DNA of 64,000 nt from Epiperipatus broadwayi (taxonomy: Eukaryota; Animalia; Onychophora): positions 310,001-374,000 of the forward strand of contig JAQFVV010000009.1 in assembly GCA_028023455.1 (NCBI GenBank), given 5' to 3'. Positions 26,001 through 40,464 of this stretch are shown here, piece by piece (within the stretch, counting starts at the first letter, position 1; every line of letters begins with the position of its first letter). The notes beneath the pieces are model-generated. The model saw nothing but the letters and a program-made list of their open reading frames with translations, did not search any database and had not been told where the DNA came from. The position numbers were made by a program, and so were the translations under genes.

Positions 26001-28420
26001 GTCATCTAAATACAGTACAACTATTTTTTTCAATAAACTATCCATCTTTACTTGGAAGATGTTTAGAGCTATTGTTATTCCATATGGCAGTTTACCAAAC
26101 TTAAACAGTCCCATATGGGTATTGATAGGCAAGAGCTCGACTGATCTTGCTGAAACTGGAATTTGGTGAAACATGGACTGCAAGTCTATTTTAGTGAATT
26201 AAGAAGCTATGAAGCTAAAATCTCTCTGACGCTTGATACTGAGTAAGTTTTTTTCTAGGTTTTTGTTGATAATTATATGATAGTCATTGCATAAATAACC
26301 ATCCTATCAGATTTGAAAATTACTTCTATCCGTATTGTGCAAGCAAATTCTTCTATCAGTGAAATTATACCTTTCTTGACTAGATTAATGAGTATTTCTT
26401 CTACTTTGGGTTTCAGACCAAATGGTACTTTTCTCAATCTACATATAATAGGATGAGCATTCTTAATTAACTCTATGTCTATCAATTGCATTTTCACCTG
26501 ACTTGAACAGCTGTGGAAATTTATTAAGGATTTCAGATTCTAACTGGATTCTATAATATTAATTCTTATTCCCAGAAGTTTAAATCAATTATGTCCTAAT
26601 ATCTAGCTCAAATCTCTTGATATAATATACAGAAGTAAAATTTTTACTATCCTATTGAGTTCTCTGGTACTGTTACAATCCCTTTGATATCTAGTTTCCA
26701 TTTATGTCTGTTGCATTCAAATCTATTTTCTTGATTGCTATTTTATTTTTTTATATATTTTTCTTTGTGAGACGAGATACACCTGCACCATTATCTATTT
26801 CCATTTGGATTTTTTAGTAACAGATTTTAATGTCCAATAAATTGCAGTTTCATCACTTTCTTTTTTCTTAATAATAATTAGTTAGACTTTTATTAACTTC
26901 TCATTTTGATTTACTAGTTATTTGTAAATCTTCTTTAGTCTTTTTCTGTTTCTTTTTGCAAACTCAGGATAGATGACCTTTAAGACTACATATATGACAT
27001 TTTTTGTTTTTAAATCTACACATTTTTTTTATTTCATCCTTTATTGCTGCAACAAAAACATATGTAGGCATTCTCTGTAGTATTCCACTTTATTGTTTGT
27101 GCTCATGCTTTGTTTACCATGGTATTTGGTTTAATAACTTCTGTCATATTTTCGAGGTACCATGGTATTTGGTTTAGTAACTTCTATCATATTTTCGAAG
27201 ACAACTTCATACACTATTGCTTTTTCAATAGCACTGGTGTACTTAAATGCCGACTTACTAAACAGTATTCGTCTGAGCTTATTATCATGTACACCTATAG
27301 CAATTAGTCTAATCATATGTTTTCTAATTCAGCCTTAAATTAACATTTCTTTGCTAATATATGCAATCCTACTTTGTACTTTTATATGTTTTCCCATGGT
27401 TACTGGAATCTGTATTTGAAATGTAGATGCACTATATGTGCCAATATAGTTAGCTTAAAGTGTAAGTTTAATTTCTATACTAGATCTTCATATGAAATCT
27501 CCTCAGGCACTTTTGAGTCGCAAAGATGGCTAGCTATTTATACAATATCTTTACTCACTATCCACATGAGATGTGATTTTTAATTTGTTTTCTATAATAT
27601 TGCATTTGTGTTTCAATATGAGCAACATTTATCTGCCATTCCACAGTGTTTATAACATCACACATGGTTATGGAGCTATTTTACATTACAATGTTGCTTT
27701 TCTTGTTAAATGCGCACTAAGTCACTATAATCCATCAAGTCTCATGAACTATTGAATTCCACAATCTACTTTTTTCTTAGGCCCTCTCATCTGTTTACTT
27801 GCTCCACACTGTTTTTATTTCACAGGTTATAAAATGCCAATTGCATCACTGGGCAATATTGACATTAACCAAATGTATAGGCAACATGTATATATTAGAC
27901 ATAATATACGTCAAAACTTATAAACTTAACTACTAGAGTTTATTTACTCTCTCAATAAATATTTATAATAGATTAATAGATGTATTAGTATTTTTCACTA
28001 GCTATCCTTCAAATAAAATTGAGAATCTTCTTGCATTCTCTGATTGCTGCATTAAATTATATACTTTACTGCGCTAATCTCTGTACACACAATTCTTCAT
28101 TTTAACACTATGGCATTGCTACACTATGGCATTGCTGCACTGGCACACTTTTACATTCAGCATTACAATATTTTATTATCACACTTTATTGCAACAACAA
28201 TAACACAAAAACAACATTATCTGGCTGATTCTGCAGTTTTTATTTGTCATCATTTAATTTGTATAATTAGTTCCACTTGCATATTTTGCAAATTAGCATA
28301 CTTTTGATTATTTCTACATTTTTAGATATTTTTAATATTCTGCATTTCTAAATTTTCTAGTGCATATTTATTAATTTCTGACTAAATTGTATATCCACAC
28401 AATTTTAGTCAGACATAATA
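23086..28420 (-). mobile_element. Decayed Mag-like Ty3/Gypsy LTR retrotransposon with internal inversion
   Basis: Diverged direct repeats at about 23090-23705 and 27850-28420. PPT-like tctctcctcac at 23707. Gag with CCHC knuckle (KCHICSLKGHLS*VC near 26965-27000), protease MEIDNGAGVS, RT (LPYGITIALNIFQ, VLYLDDI) and integrase (KIPAEILMKQQCRTH). Termini approximate, no TSD seen. Confidence 0.85.
25360..25523. repeat. 72-bp-arm hairpin inside the inverted pol segment
   Basis: 25360-25431 is the reverse complement of 25453-25523 (one indel). The spacer repeats attgctgacccacctga. Confidence 0.9.
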
Positions 28421-28857
28421 AGTGGACATGGGTCAATTCAGGTATTGTTGAAGTGATCAGCATAGAAAGACACAATAACAAGAGAAAAATCAAAAAAGCA
28501 TGATTTATTCATCAACATTGATGATTTAATGAATCAATAGCATTTAAATAAATAAAACAATGGATTTTTCAAATATTATTTAATGGTGGATTTGTTATAA
28601 TACTGACAGACAGGAATAAAAAAACTAAAACACTGAAATTATATTAGGTTATTAAAATAAATATTAAAGTATTAACTGTTGTAATTTCTTTATATTAAAT
28701 TCACAATATACACATATAACTGCTATTACACACTGTGTTTTGACTATAAAAAAAATTTAGTTTTAAAATTACAAATCACTTATAAAATAAAAGTATTCAT
28801 TATTTAAATACAAAATTTAGAAGTTACATTAAAGTTTTGGGTAATACGAATACTAAC

Positions 28858-28981
28858 CTGTCTTTTTCAATAAACAATTTATGTAACCATTCTTTAATAC
28901 CAGTTTCATCATTGGGAACATCAGAAATATTAATTCTTTTCACATGAATGTGTAATTTGGAACACTTTCCTGATATAAAAT
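28858..28981 (-). CDS. AGPAT5: AGPAT5-like internal exon (124 bp)
   Basis: polyT-AAG acceptor and GT donor. Encodes (D)FISGKCSKLHIHVKRINISDVPNDETGIKEWLHKLFIEKD(R), matching AGPAT5 EFLCKECPKIHIHIDRIDKKDVPEEQEHMRRWLHERFEIKDK. Phases 1 and 2 fit both neighbours. Confidence 0.9.
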
Positions 28982-29134
28982 CTTAAAAAAAAAAAAAAAA
29001 ACTTTAACATTAATATGATTAAAATTAAATAATACTTACAAATATAAAACAATTTAAAAAATTACAATATATTCAATCATTTTTATATTATCTTTATTTT
29101 AGAAGATATTTCACTTATACATAATAATATATAT

Positions 29135-30656
29135 TGTGCCGGACGAAAGATTTTTGTTTCGTACATCCTGACCATGAGGGCGCCACTAGTCCAAAAACCG
29201 GAACTAGACATTTATTTTAAGGGTGGGCAGGATATACGAACATGAATGTGCCGGACTAAACCCAGGGAGAGCAAAAGCTAATGAAGGTGGTTCAGACAAT
29301 TGAGAAAACACTGAGACAAACGTCAGCCAAAATACTTATAAGAACTTTTTAAATTTATTAAACATAATAACAAAATAAACATGAAACTTGATATACATTT
29401 ACTTAGCAGATCTTAACATTGAATGTATGTGAGCACAGCTACGTTAAAGACCTAGGCAGACACGTTCATTTCTTATCTATGACACAATAATGGCTTAGAT
29501 CTTCTTGCTAGCGGTTCACCCAACCAATTCCCTTTTCCCTATAGAGATTTAGTAAGATGGATGTTTGTGGAGAATAACAGGACAGCGCAGACGAGCTTTT
29601 CTTAGTCCAGAAAAGAAATGTTGGAACCAAGAATGTCATAATTCTGCAAAACGCTCATGGACAAGTACATTGAAACGAGCCAAGGTTAGTCTCACACAAG
29701 AAAGAAACATGAATTACGCAATCTGAATTATAGCAAATAAATCTCTACCAAAAATAAATAAATCATATCCTAGAAATCGCTAGCCAAAGCCAAGTTTGAT
29801 TTAGTTTAAAGCTGAAGCAAACAAACAAACAAACAAAAATAAAAGAAAACTACTAAGGTCGGTCAGAGCATTTAACAAGGGTTAATCATAAAACTGAGAA
29901 ATTATTAAGCATATAAAATATCACTCGCCCTACACTCTCGAGCAAGCAACATTTTAAGATTGAAAATCTTGCTACTAAGATTGTACTGTAAAATAAACAA
30001 AAATACATTAATATTTAAATTGATAAATTACACATCGTAAATATAATTTCCTTTTAAGATTAAGCTGAGATTTGCGAGAGACTTAATTAGAGATTTAGCC
30101 CTGATTTTGACATGGAAAGGTAAGTTACCTCGAGATAATATTAAGTTCTGTTGTTCACACAAAGCTCGGTTTGTGGAATCCTCTACAACGGATGTCATTT
30201 ACTACAGGTTCAGAAGTCTGGAGGCATTATCGGGATCCACTCTGGACTTGACAGTTAGGTCATGATGAAAGTCACAATTTGGAGCTCCGGCGGTTCATCT
30301 TTGGAAAGGCTCAGCCCATCATGTTGTGGAGATTCTTCGTGGCATATATTACAGGCATGGCATCTGAATGACTGCTATTATCGTGGCAAATAGAATTATT
30401 GTCGGTCAACGGAAATTCAACTTGGTGATTCCCGTAGCACCAATATCAAAAAAAGAAATTTTAGTCACCTTCACAATGCAATAGTTCAATAACAGCTAAA
30501 ATCTGGATCGATCCTCAATAAGAAGAAGGTGAGCAATAAAAACTGAATGAATAGAATAGTCTCTTTGAATCCTCCTCTCTAATCAAACAAAAAAAATAAA
30601 TTACCCAGCTATTTATGTCCTTCGTTATCTCCCGCGCAATCTTAATTAGAAAAACA
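29135..30656. repeat. GC-richer island, possible solo LTR
   Basis: TGT...ACA ends with atat on both sides (weak in AT-rich DNA). No ORF. Size similar to 40465-42026. Confidence 0.35.
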
Positions 30657-32999
30657 ATATCTTACAGGGCTTAATCTTACAAAAATGATTATTATTTTTT
30701 TATAAAAAAAAAAAATACAAAACTAAATCTCAGCTTTAAAATACATCAACATTAAATTTTTTTTTTTAGTTTAAATAAAATACATATAAGAGCACTAATT
30801 AAACCTTGTTGCTTTTAATTATTTTAAAAGAAAACAAGCGTCATAAAAAAAAATATTTTATACTAAAATCAACTTAGAATTAAAAATATAAGATTTCAAA
30901 ATAAATAAGTATGTGTGTTATTGCACATATAAAACTTGGGTTTTTTTTTTTTCCAATTTACATGATAGAACCCTTGAATCGGATAAAGTATTCAGTTCAA
31001 TATAAATTTCAATGTTAATGAAAAAAAAGTTTTATTATTAAAATAAATTGATTACTTAATAAGTTACAATCATTGTAATTAATAGGTTAACAGATATTGA
31101 TAATAATATTAAAAACTAAAACTGGTATTAATTTTTACATTTTACAAATGATCCATTACCCACAAATTATTTATATTAAGAATCAGAAATACAAAAATAA
31201 AACTTTAGCACTTAGAAGCTTATATATGAGTTACATAAAAAAATCATATAAAGTTTCACAATTCATAAAGGTGATAGATATATAATTAAGCAAATTTATA
31301 ATGTAAATTCATATTTCTATGAGTTGTGTAGGTTGCTTTTAGAAATACTAATTAAAAAGTTTGGTAATTACTTTATTACTGTTAAAAACTAATAATTCAT
31401 CCTTTTCACTTTTTTCTGGCTCTTAAATCATCACTTTATGTTATACCATTACTAAATTTTATCTAATTCTTTTTTATAGTATAAAAATATATTCACATAT
31501 TCTGTATATCTACTGTCTTTTCACATTTATGTTAGAAATATACGCAATATATATTTTTTTGTAATATTTCAAATTAATGTTTTCAATTATAACTTTCTAT
31601 CAAATCAACATTACTATTAGTTCTATGCAAATAGCATTAATTAACTGGCATCCAAAATCAGTTTGCTTTGAATATCATATTTGTCAAATTTTATCTTTAA
31701 CTGAGGGTTGACAAAATTCACATAACAATCATTTTCACTGGTTTATCTTTTCTATTATTATTTTCATTTATCTTATATTCCATAGATGATCAAGCCTATG
31801 TCCTCACACACTAGATATTTTATCCTTCTTTTATCAATCACTAATTTATATTGCTAGTTTAATAGTATTTCCCCCCTTAAATTTTAATATTTTATTTAGT
31901 TAGTATATTTTATCAAAATTGAGAAACTAATAAGATTCCCTGTATGACTTGCAATTTTTACTGGTCTTTGAAGCAACATTTTTGCCTTTTTCTTTTTTAT
32001 GTGTTTTAATATATCCTCTAAATAGTTTCTAAAGTAGTTTCACAGTTTATGTTTGTGCTCTAATGTAATAATTGTTAATTCCTCTTTAAAACTATCTATA
32101 AATCATTTATTTTTTTCATATTTTCAAATACAAACAGTCCTCTACTTATGTTCATCTCATTTACATAAATCTATTTATGAAAATACTTCCAGATGTATAT
32201 CAAATACAAAAAAAAAATTAATATATATATATACTGCTCTCAGTTATTATTTCTTGTATATTCTATAAATATCTAGCATGATATATTTTATGTTTATCCT
32301 CATTTAAAAAAACATATTTTCACGATTAATGCCTTGTTTAATAATTATCATGCATATAAATGGGAAGTCAACTTATATTAAAATTTGATTTAAACTAAAG
32401 CCATGGAATGCTCTAATTAAAAAGTAGAAAACTGCTTATGCCATTTTGTTTTCAGTAATTTTGCCAGTAATGCAGTTCTTTGACTTTTGACTGCATTTTG
32501 TTATGCTTTTATGACTATCCTGATCAAATTTTTTTTCTTACTATTCTTCTTTACACAGAATTTACTTCTCACAAATACTGCATTTAAATAGGGGTCTAGC
32601 ATACTTTGGTCACTTCGATTTCATTTTACATAAATACTATCAAAGTTGGTTTCCTTCATCAATCATGTTTTCCATACTTAAATATGAATTAATTTGAAAG
32701 TTTTCTATATTTAACAGATTCTTCCTTTGCAAACATAAAGATGAATATCATTACTTTATTTATCAATATACTTTCCTCAAATTTTCTTTTTTTCTTTTAT
32801 AATCTTTTTTAATTCTTTCTACTAATTGTTAATTCATTTTAATTAATCTTTGTACTGATAAATGCGTATATAAATCATGGTAATGCCACAAAATATCGAT
32901 GTAGTAAAAAAAAAAAAAATTGAATTCTAAGCATTTATTTTAAATAAATGTTAAACAAATTACTAATTTATCCCCAAATGGCTTTTTTAATTACTGATA

Positions 33000-34451
33000 T
33001 GTTAAATCAAGTATAATTGTGTGTGTGTGTATATATATATATTGAACCGAATTCGAATATGTGTATTCGAAATACCGGCCTCTTAGGCAGAGAAGAACAT
33101 ACTCGGAGAGTATGTATGCCCAAACGATAGCTATAAAGTATATAACTAGCGTTACATTTCCAGGACATAGCTTCTTCTCGGCTGTTGAGTTCAACACCAA
33201 GTTCAAAGCACTTTTTTGTTTGTGTATAAACACGGGCGCCAGCTGCTTATTCTAAAAGAATACTAAAAGAATAGACAACGCACTTTGAATAGTGGCCACT
33301 AACTCAACGCCTAAATCCACGACTAGCTCAGTTGTTTGTAATCACTAATAGATTATACTTAATTAGTGATTAAAAGAATTAATAAAAGAATTTGTTAAAA
33401 AGAATTGATAAAAAGAATTGACCGACGAATATAGTTTAATTTTAAAGATAATTTATTAACTAACATTTATTTACTAAATTTAAACATTTTATAATTCTAA
33501 TAAAACACACGCATATTTTAAATTAACATTTCTAAATAGTTTAAACATTCCTATAGATTTAATAACAAAACACTCTAATTTAACTAATAAATATTGATAG
33601 AATGACCACGCACATATTAACTCATGTACACACATAATAATGATAATAAAGGACAACATAGCATTTGAAACTTAATCACACACATCAATAGTTCATTTAT
33701 GTATGATATAGAGTTCATATAATTAGACTCTTGAAAGATTCATACGAATTAATGCAATGCAATGGCTATTACAGTATAGAACGAAATAAGCAAATGTTTT
33801 TACCTAGGCTTTTTTGAATGTTGACGAAGAATTGTGTTCTTTGGAGGCTGCTTTCGGTGAGGATATTTCCATTATAAATGCTTACCAGCCGGCTGGGACA
33901 TTTCCTTGCTGAGTTTCCCGATTTTCACGATTATTGCTATCGGAGACAAATAGATACTGACGGAGATTTTCTAAGATGTTAAGCTGACATTATTTCACGG
34001 GCAGATCTGCTGTTTTCTCGGACATCTGGGCTGGAGGTGAACGTGCGTTCCAAAATATTCTCAGCACTGCATTTTGTTTCTTAACTGACTCAATTAATTT
34101 CCGAACTGCACTCTCTCAATAACTTTGTGAACTGATTGTCTCAACTAATTTGTGGAACTGATTATTGTCCGATAAAAAGAGTCTATTTATATCTGCCACG
34201 TGTTGTTGAAATATTCCCGGCAAAGATCTGTTGTCAAATTGATAATCATTTGATAAACGTGTTTTGAAAGATTGCTTAATTAGTAATAGCCATGCAAAAA
34301 CGTATTGTTTTATATTAATTAATATCTAATAGCTATTGCCGTGCTTTTTAATGATAATCTTCTTTAACTTTCACATACATTTTATTTATTTACAAATCAC
34401 ACATATACACGCACATATATTTTTAATACAATTTACTATTTAGTTTTAACA
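33000..34451. repeat. Unclassified GC-richer element with internal short tandem motifs
   Basis: TGTTAAA...TTTAACA ends. Repeated taaaagaat (33250-33420) and aactga-containing units (34080-34160). Minus-strand TATA-like ctatttata near 34185. No TSD. Confidence 0.3.
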
Positions 34452-36169
34452 TTATTTTTTCTTTAATTAAACTTGAATGAAAAGAGATTTGTATGTTTTA
34501 ACTTTTTAAATTATATTTTTACAAATACTAATAATAAAAACTATTTATTTCCTTTTGTAAACCTTTAGTTTCATTTCTCAAACCAAGACTCCCCCTCCCC
34601 CCTTTTGATTAATTAATTGTAGCTTTTTTATTTCAAAAACTAACGCTAGAAAACTATTTAATTCTTATCTTTTTCGAAAACAAGCTGCAATAAACTCTTC
34701 AACATTTAATTTTGTTTTTCTTTTATGAAAGATTACTTTAATAATAATTTTAGATAAAAATTATATGTGCCTATATCAATATAGGTACAATATATATATA
34801 TAATTTACACTATATTAAATATGATTTAAATCAAATATTATCATACATGAATCACAAACAAAAAGAATTTAATTTAAGAGGTAAATTTAATAAATTAAAA
34901 AAAAAAATGCAAATAAAAATGGCATTAATTGAAATTCCAAAAAAATCACAAAGAATATTATAAATTTTGAATATTTTGTAATTGTTAAGTACAAGTATTA
35001 TGTATTTCAAGTATACAAACATTATGTATTCATAAACATGTTACTACGACAACAAATTAAGGAAATTCTAAATAGCATTTATATTTCAAGTTGCACATAA
35101 AAATGAAAAGATATTACATTTCAAGCTTATATTTAAAAATAATAATTTTAACTATACCAATATAAAAACAATTAATATAATAATAGTAAACAATATAAAA
35201 TATTATCTAGTTGACATCATGGGGTAGTGTTTACTTTCTTAGATTTAGAAAAAAAAAAATTTCTGGATACACTTTATTGTGATTAATTTTTTATTAAACC
35301 ACAATACAATTTCTGTGAGATTTGAATTTGTACAATTGTAAAATTCATAAATTCAGTTATCAAACTTGTTTTCTAGAATAAATTAATCATAATCAACAAG
35401 GACTCATAATATTAGAGACATTAAGTATTTTCCAAAAACAAATTATTTGCTCAATAGCTAACTAAAAGGTTTAATAAGTTCTAACTAGGAATGTTTTAAT
35501 TAACTGTCCTTTCAAACCTACAATATACCCTTTATATTTATTATAATTATATTACCTTTTATCTTAATATTATTATTTTTTTCTAAAATGAGAGATATCA
35601 AAGTCTAGTTCATCTTTACTTCACATTTACAATTGCTTCTTATGCATTATTATTTTCAGAAGATTATTCATACATCATTTAGACTCACATCTTAACCATT
35701 CTGTACCTTAATACCTTTGCCAGGAACAGGCAAATTCTTCAGCAATGAATCACATCTATTACTTTTCATACATTTTTGAATGTTTAAGAGCTACAATAAT
35801 CACTTTTGGAATTAATTTTGGCAAAAGCAAAACAGGCCATCAAATATTGAAAACACTTTTTATCAATCAAATGAAATGTAACGATATATAAATATGTCGT
35901 TACATTAATTTAAAATAAAAACTTAAAAGTTCGCAAATAAAAGTAAAAAACTAAATGCTAAAATTAAAATGTTTGTTAAATGTATATACATTCGCACAGA
36001 TGCCAAACTTTAAAAATATTTTTTTTATAAAAAACAAATAAATAAGTATTTGAACGTACTTTTTTATAAAAAAAAAAAAAGTACAAGATTTAAAAATAAA
36101 AACAGGTATTAATTAATTCTTGTAATCTGTAAATGGAAATGATTGTTTATGAATTATCGAAAACCAAAC

Positions 36170-37930
36170 TGGCCCTTGGGCTCTTGTATAATTAAAATGA
36201 TCTGATGAAAGATAGATAAGAAAATAAAGAGAAATTAGCTTGACCAATGGAAGCACTAAGCCTTGGCTCAGACCCTAACGAAAGTGATGGATTAGTGACG
36301 TTTTGTTGATTGAATCCGTGTGGATAATATAAAAAAGGAAATACAGTTTTTTCGGACAGTTCCAGCGTTGTGTGTTTGAGAGATGCGGTAGGACGCACAT
36401 ACCACACTCTCTATTTAAAAAAGAAAAATGAAAAGACTGTGATACCTTGAACCAGCTATTGCCATCTCCAGAACATTATCTTCCAATGGAGGCGTCGCGG
36501 GAATTAAAAGCAGAAACCTGGACTCTTCTACCGTGAGCTATGAACTTTACAAATTAACAACAACCAAAAAAAGTAATTAAGAACTTTCGTCATTGATTTT
36601 TTTTAAAGATTCAGCTAATTTAAATTTTAAAATGAACTCTTATTTGATTTTCAAATTAATAATTGATTGTTTAAATTTATGTAGTTAAGTTTTGCTAAAA
36701 TCATTTCCATTTTATTATTTTTAATTGTAGTAATATTTATTGTAGAAATTATTAAATGCATTACATTTAAGTTGGGTATAGACGTTGCATAGATTCGTTA
36801 GCGGTTGATTATGTTGTGGTTTTCACAGTCGATTGGAATATATAGGTCAACGATGTTAATGCGGGCATCTTACGATGAATGCCATGGGGCCTTGTGTATT
36901 CCCTTTTGCAATTGACGTTATCGGATTGACTTTGTATTTTGATCGGTTGTGTTTAATTTGGAATGTTTTTGACCGTGGAATCTGTGCAGCCGATCTATAC
37001 TCGACATTATAAAACAAATTGTATAAAAATAATCTGTGCGAACGTATTTAAATGTTAAATTTAAGTCGGGCGTGAATGGCTATATAGTTTTGTAAAGTTA
37101 TATTAAGGGAGGGTAATCTTAGGTTATTCATTTCATAGTTGAATTGGTTCAATGGATTGGATATATTTGTGTAATTGTAGATATAGTATGAGATCCGCTA
37201 TGGGCAGGATTATAGATATACGCCACACACCTTCTGTTTGCCTATGGATGGATTTGTAAGACGGCAAAGGACCGCAGTCCATTCCTATGGAGTTTTATGT
37301 TTATTGTTCTACTCGCCAACAGATGTCACATTCCTGTTGGTGGAGAGACAATGTCTTCTCTAATTCTACTTACTGATCAGATGTACATTCCTGACAGTAT
37401 AGTATTTTGTGTTGTCGTATTTTCATGCTACATTGAATACATGAATGTATCAGATAGATTGGCGCCGGTTTGATTGCGAAATTTGTTGCCTAAGGTTAAA
37501 TCAGGGAAGAATATTTTCTTTTCAAATGCAGATCTATGTAGTCTATTCATACTTGACTATCTAAATAAAATATTAAACTCATTGAAACTTAGTTAAATGT
37601 AAAATTAAAAGATTAAAAGAAAAATCTAAAATGTTGAATTTATTCTTCAAAATTTAAATGTTATTTTATATGTGCGTAAATAAATATTTTTATGTGTTAA
37701 TTTCTGGCAGTGGCTTTTATTTATTGATATTTAAGATATAAATTAAGATATAGATTTTTATCTCTGCGTCTCCACTGAGCTAGTGACTTGGGCTAACGAT
37801 CTGAATATTTAAATAAAGTGGAATCTTAACAGCGCGTATCTGCCTACTCTATAAATTTTTCTAGAATTAAATGCCTAGATGACGCTCTGTAGAGTAGATA
37901 TCGAAGTTTGCGGTTAGATTCGATCTTCAC
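36170..37930. repeat. Second copy of the 8150-10780 element, lacking the foldback insertion
   Basis: Colinear shared blocks. ttattttatatgtgcgtaaataaat near 37661-37685 corresponds to the joined flanks of the foldback. Confidence 0.55.
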
Positions 37931-39354
37931 TTTCATTTCGATCGTTATAGCAATAATAACATTTATATTTTAACAACTACTTTAACTAGTATCATTTAAA
38001 AGCTAAAAATTTAGTGTTACAAAACATGTTTATTTATTTATTTTTAATGCATTTAATTAATAATATTCTAATATTATATATACTATAACTATTAAAGATT
38101 ATTAATATAAAAGATTAGGAAAAATGACAATGAAAACCAATTCTCTCAAGAGTTGCATAGAATAACTTTGGTAATCGTATGCAGTTTGTGAACTACAGTT
38201 TGCCTATCAATGATCTATGCATTAATATGGATTAAAATAAATATCGTTTTCACTCATAAAAATTATCTTTGTTCCTATTCACTTTTAATTTATTGCAATG
38301 TATCAGTAAAATTTATGAGAGGTGTTCTCTTATATTTTATTTATAAATAAAATAACTTTTTAATATACTTCTTATATTTAAAAAATGCAGGTAGTCCCTG
38401 GAAGCTCTTGCTTTTCGATTTAAGTCAACAAGGTTTTTTTTTTTTTCCACAGAAATTATTATCTTGTACAAGCTATCTAGGGAGGAACTGTTTATTCTCT
38501 ATTTATTTAGAATCCAATCAAATTTAGTTGATTGGTTAAATCAATGATTACTCTTTCTTCATTTCAGTCCCCTCACATCATTATTCTCTGCTGATCTTTG
38601 TTTAGTTTACAAATAATAATATGGTGACTGTACTACTCACATTATTCCTTCTCAACATACTCCAGTATTCAATTTTATACAAGCTCTTACACTACTTATG
38701 TAATTCTTTTTCTTCCTTTCAAGAAAAAATGGTGATGTTTTTTTTTTTTTACACAATTCTTTAAATAATGCATTCATTCTTGTGAGATGCTATCAATTAA
38801 AAAAAAGAAAGCTTACAAGAAGAAACAATTTAAGTTTTTGGAGATGTTTATAACTTTAAAATGAAATATATACATATATTTCATAACAAGATATATGCAA
38901 AATGTAAAAACAAATAAATCAAATTTTGCCTCAGGAAATTAGAATGTGATATGACTAATTCATTACACAGTGAACATTCCATCTATACTTCTTCATTTAA
39001 TATATAATATTAAATTAAGCAAGTTGAATCCTCAATTATAATTTTTGTTAACAAAAATAAATATCTTGCATGGAAGAATGGACTATACATTTTAACAAAT
39101 TTTGACAAAATTTTTTTAGAGAACTGTAATCTGAATTTTTAAAATTTGTGAATTGGTTCTCAATAATTCAATAGATTTCATAATCACAAGGTGTGGAATC
39201 AGAAATAAAATATACAAAATTAACTACATAGTTATTGATTCAAGGTTAAAAGTTGAAAAATCTTGAATTCAACATATTTTTTTGAAAAAAATATGTCCTA
39301 ATTATTTTAAAAAGAATTATTAAATTGTGGCACAAAAACAAACATAATTCTTAC

Positions 39355-39519
39355 CTGCCATAGGTGGTGCTGTGAGTCGCTTTTGTTTTTTCTCATCAAA
39401 AGTATCAGAGTAAGCTATTGTAACATTATAAATGGCATCAATTTGATTTCTTAAATAATTTAAACTTAATTGTAATGCTTTTGTTTTTGGAGTCAATACA
39501 TGTTGTAAAACAGATAGAC
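39355..39519 (-). CDS. AGPAT5: AGPAT5-like internal exon (165 bp)
   Basis: tttttttaaag|GT acceptor and G|gtaag donor. Encodes GLSVLQHVLTPKTKALQLSLNYLRNQIDAIYNVTIAYSDTFDEKKQKRLTAPPMA, matching AGPAT5 GLAVLKHVLTPRIKA...LDAIYDVTVVY. Confidence 0.92.
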
Positions 39520-40464
39520 CTTTAAAAAAAAAAAACAGATCAGTAAATAACAAAATTCAACTTAGATAAATCAAAAAGACCTTTATTAATGCTATTTATA
39601 ATGAGAAAAATAAACTAATATTACTATTACTAATAATAACAATATTAGCAAATATAAATGATTACTATGGTCACAATCAAATTGAAAAAACAGAAAGAGG
39701 ATTTTAATAAATAATTTGACAATTCCAGAGTAAAGCTCAGATGAATCAAATATTTAATTTATATAGGACAATATATAAGATACTCTGATAGTTAAAGCTT
39801 AACATATGAAAAGAGTACAAAACCATGTACCAAAAAAGGCTTTTGATGTAAAATTATTTTTAATATATATAACTATTGTATATGATATTTTTATTCTTTA
39901 TTATACTATTTACTATATATTTTCAAATTTATTGCTCAACACTATTTCTTCAATCAAATGAATAAAGATATATAAAAAAGCAAATAATCTTCAAGATTCA
40001 TTTCTCCTGAACTAGCTTTGACAGTTAGAAAATCTTTAAATCCTCTCAAATGTCTTCATCATTGTTCACTGTTTATTCCTTGTATTGCATTACAACTTAA
40101 TGTATAAATATACAAGTCTCATAATGTACCATTTTTGGATACATATATCATAGTTATTGATAATTATTTAATAGGCTAGATATTCTTAAATTAATATATA
40201 ATTAAGTCAATAAACATCACATGATCACCATTTCTTATGCTTTCTTATAACTGTTATTAAAACAGGCAAAACTCACTATACGTATTGCCACACACAGCCA
40301 GCTAGAGTAACCAATGTATGCCAGAAGGCTTGAGCATAAAATCCCCATCTAGTGCCTACTCATTCAATCCTCAGACTAGTTTCTGGCTTGTGACCAGAAA
40401 CTAGTTTGCGACTTGGATTGAAAATATTAAGGTGTTTTCAATTTAAGTCTTATAGTTTTGTAGT

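Noticed and set aside
25498-26169. 223-aa plus-strand ORF, the longest in the track
   Set aside because: Mostly antisense to the Gypsy RT. Only the stretch near 25584-25643 is real (inverted pol linker).
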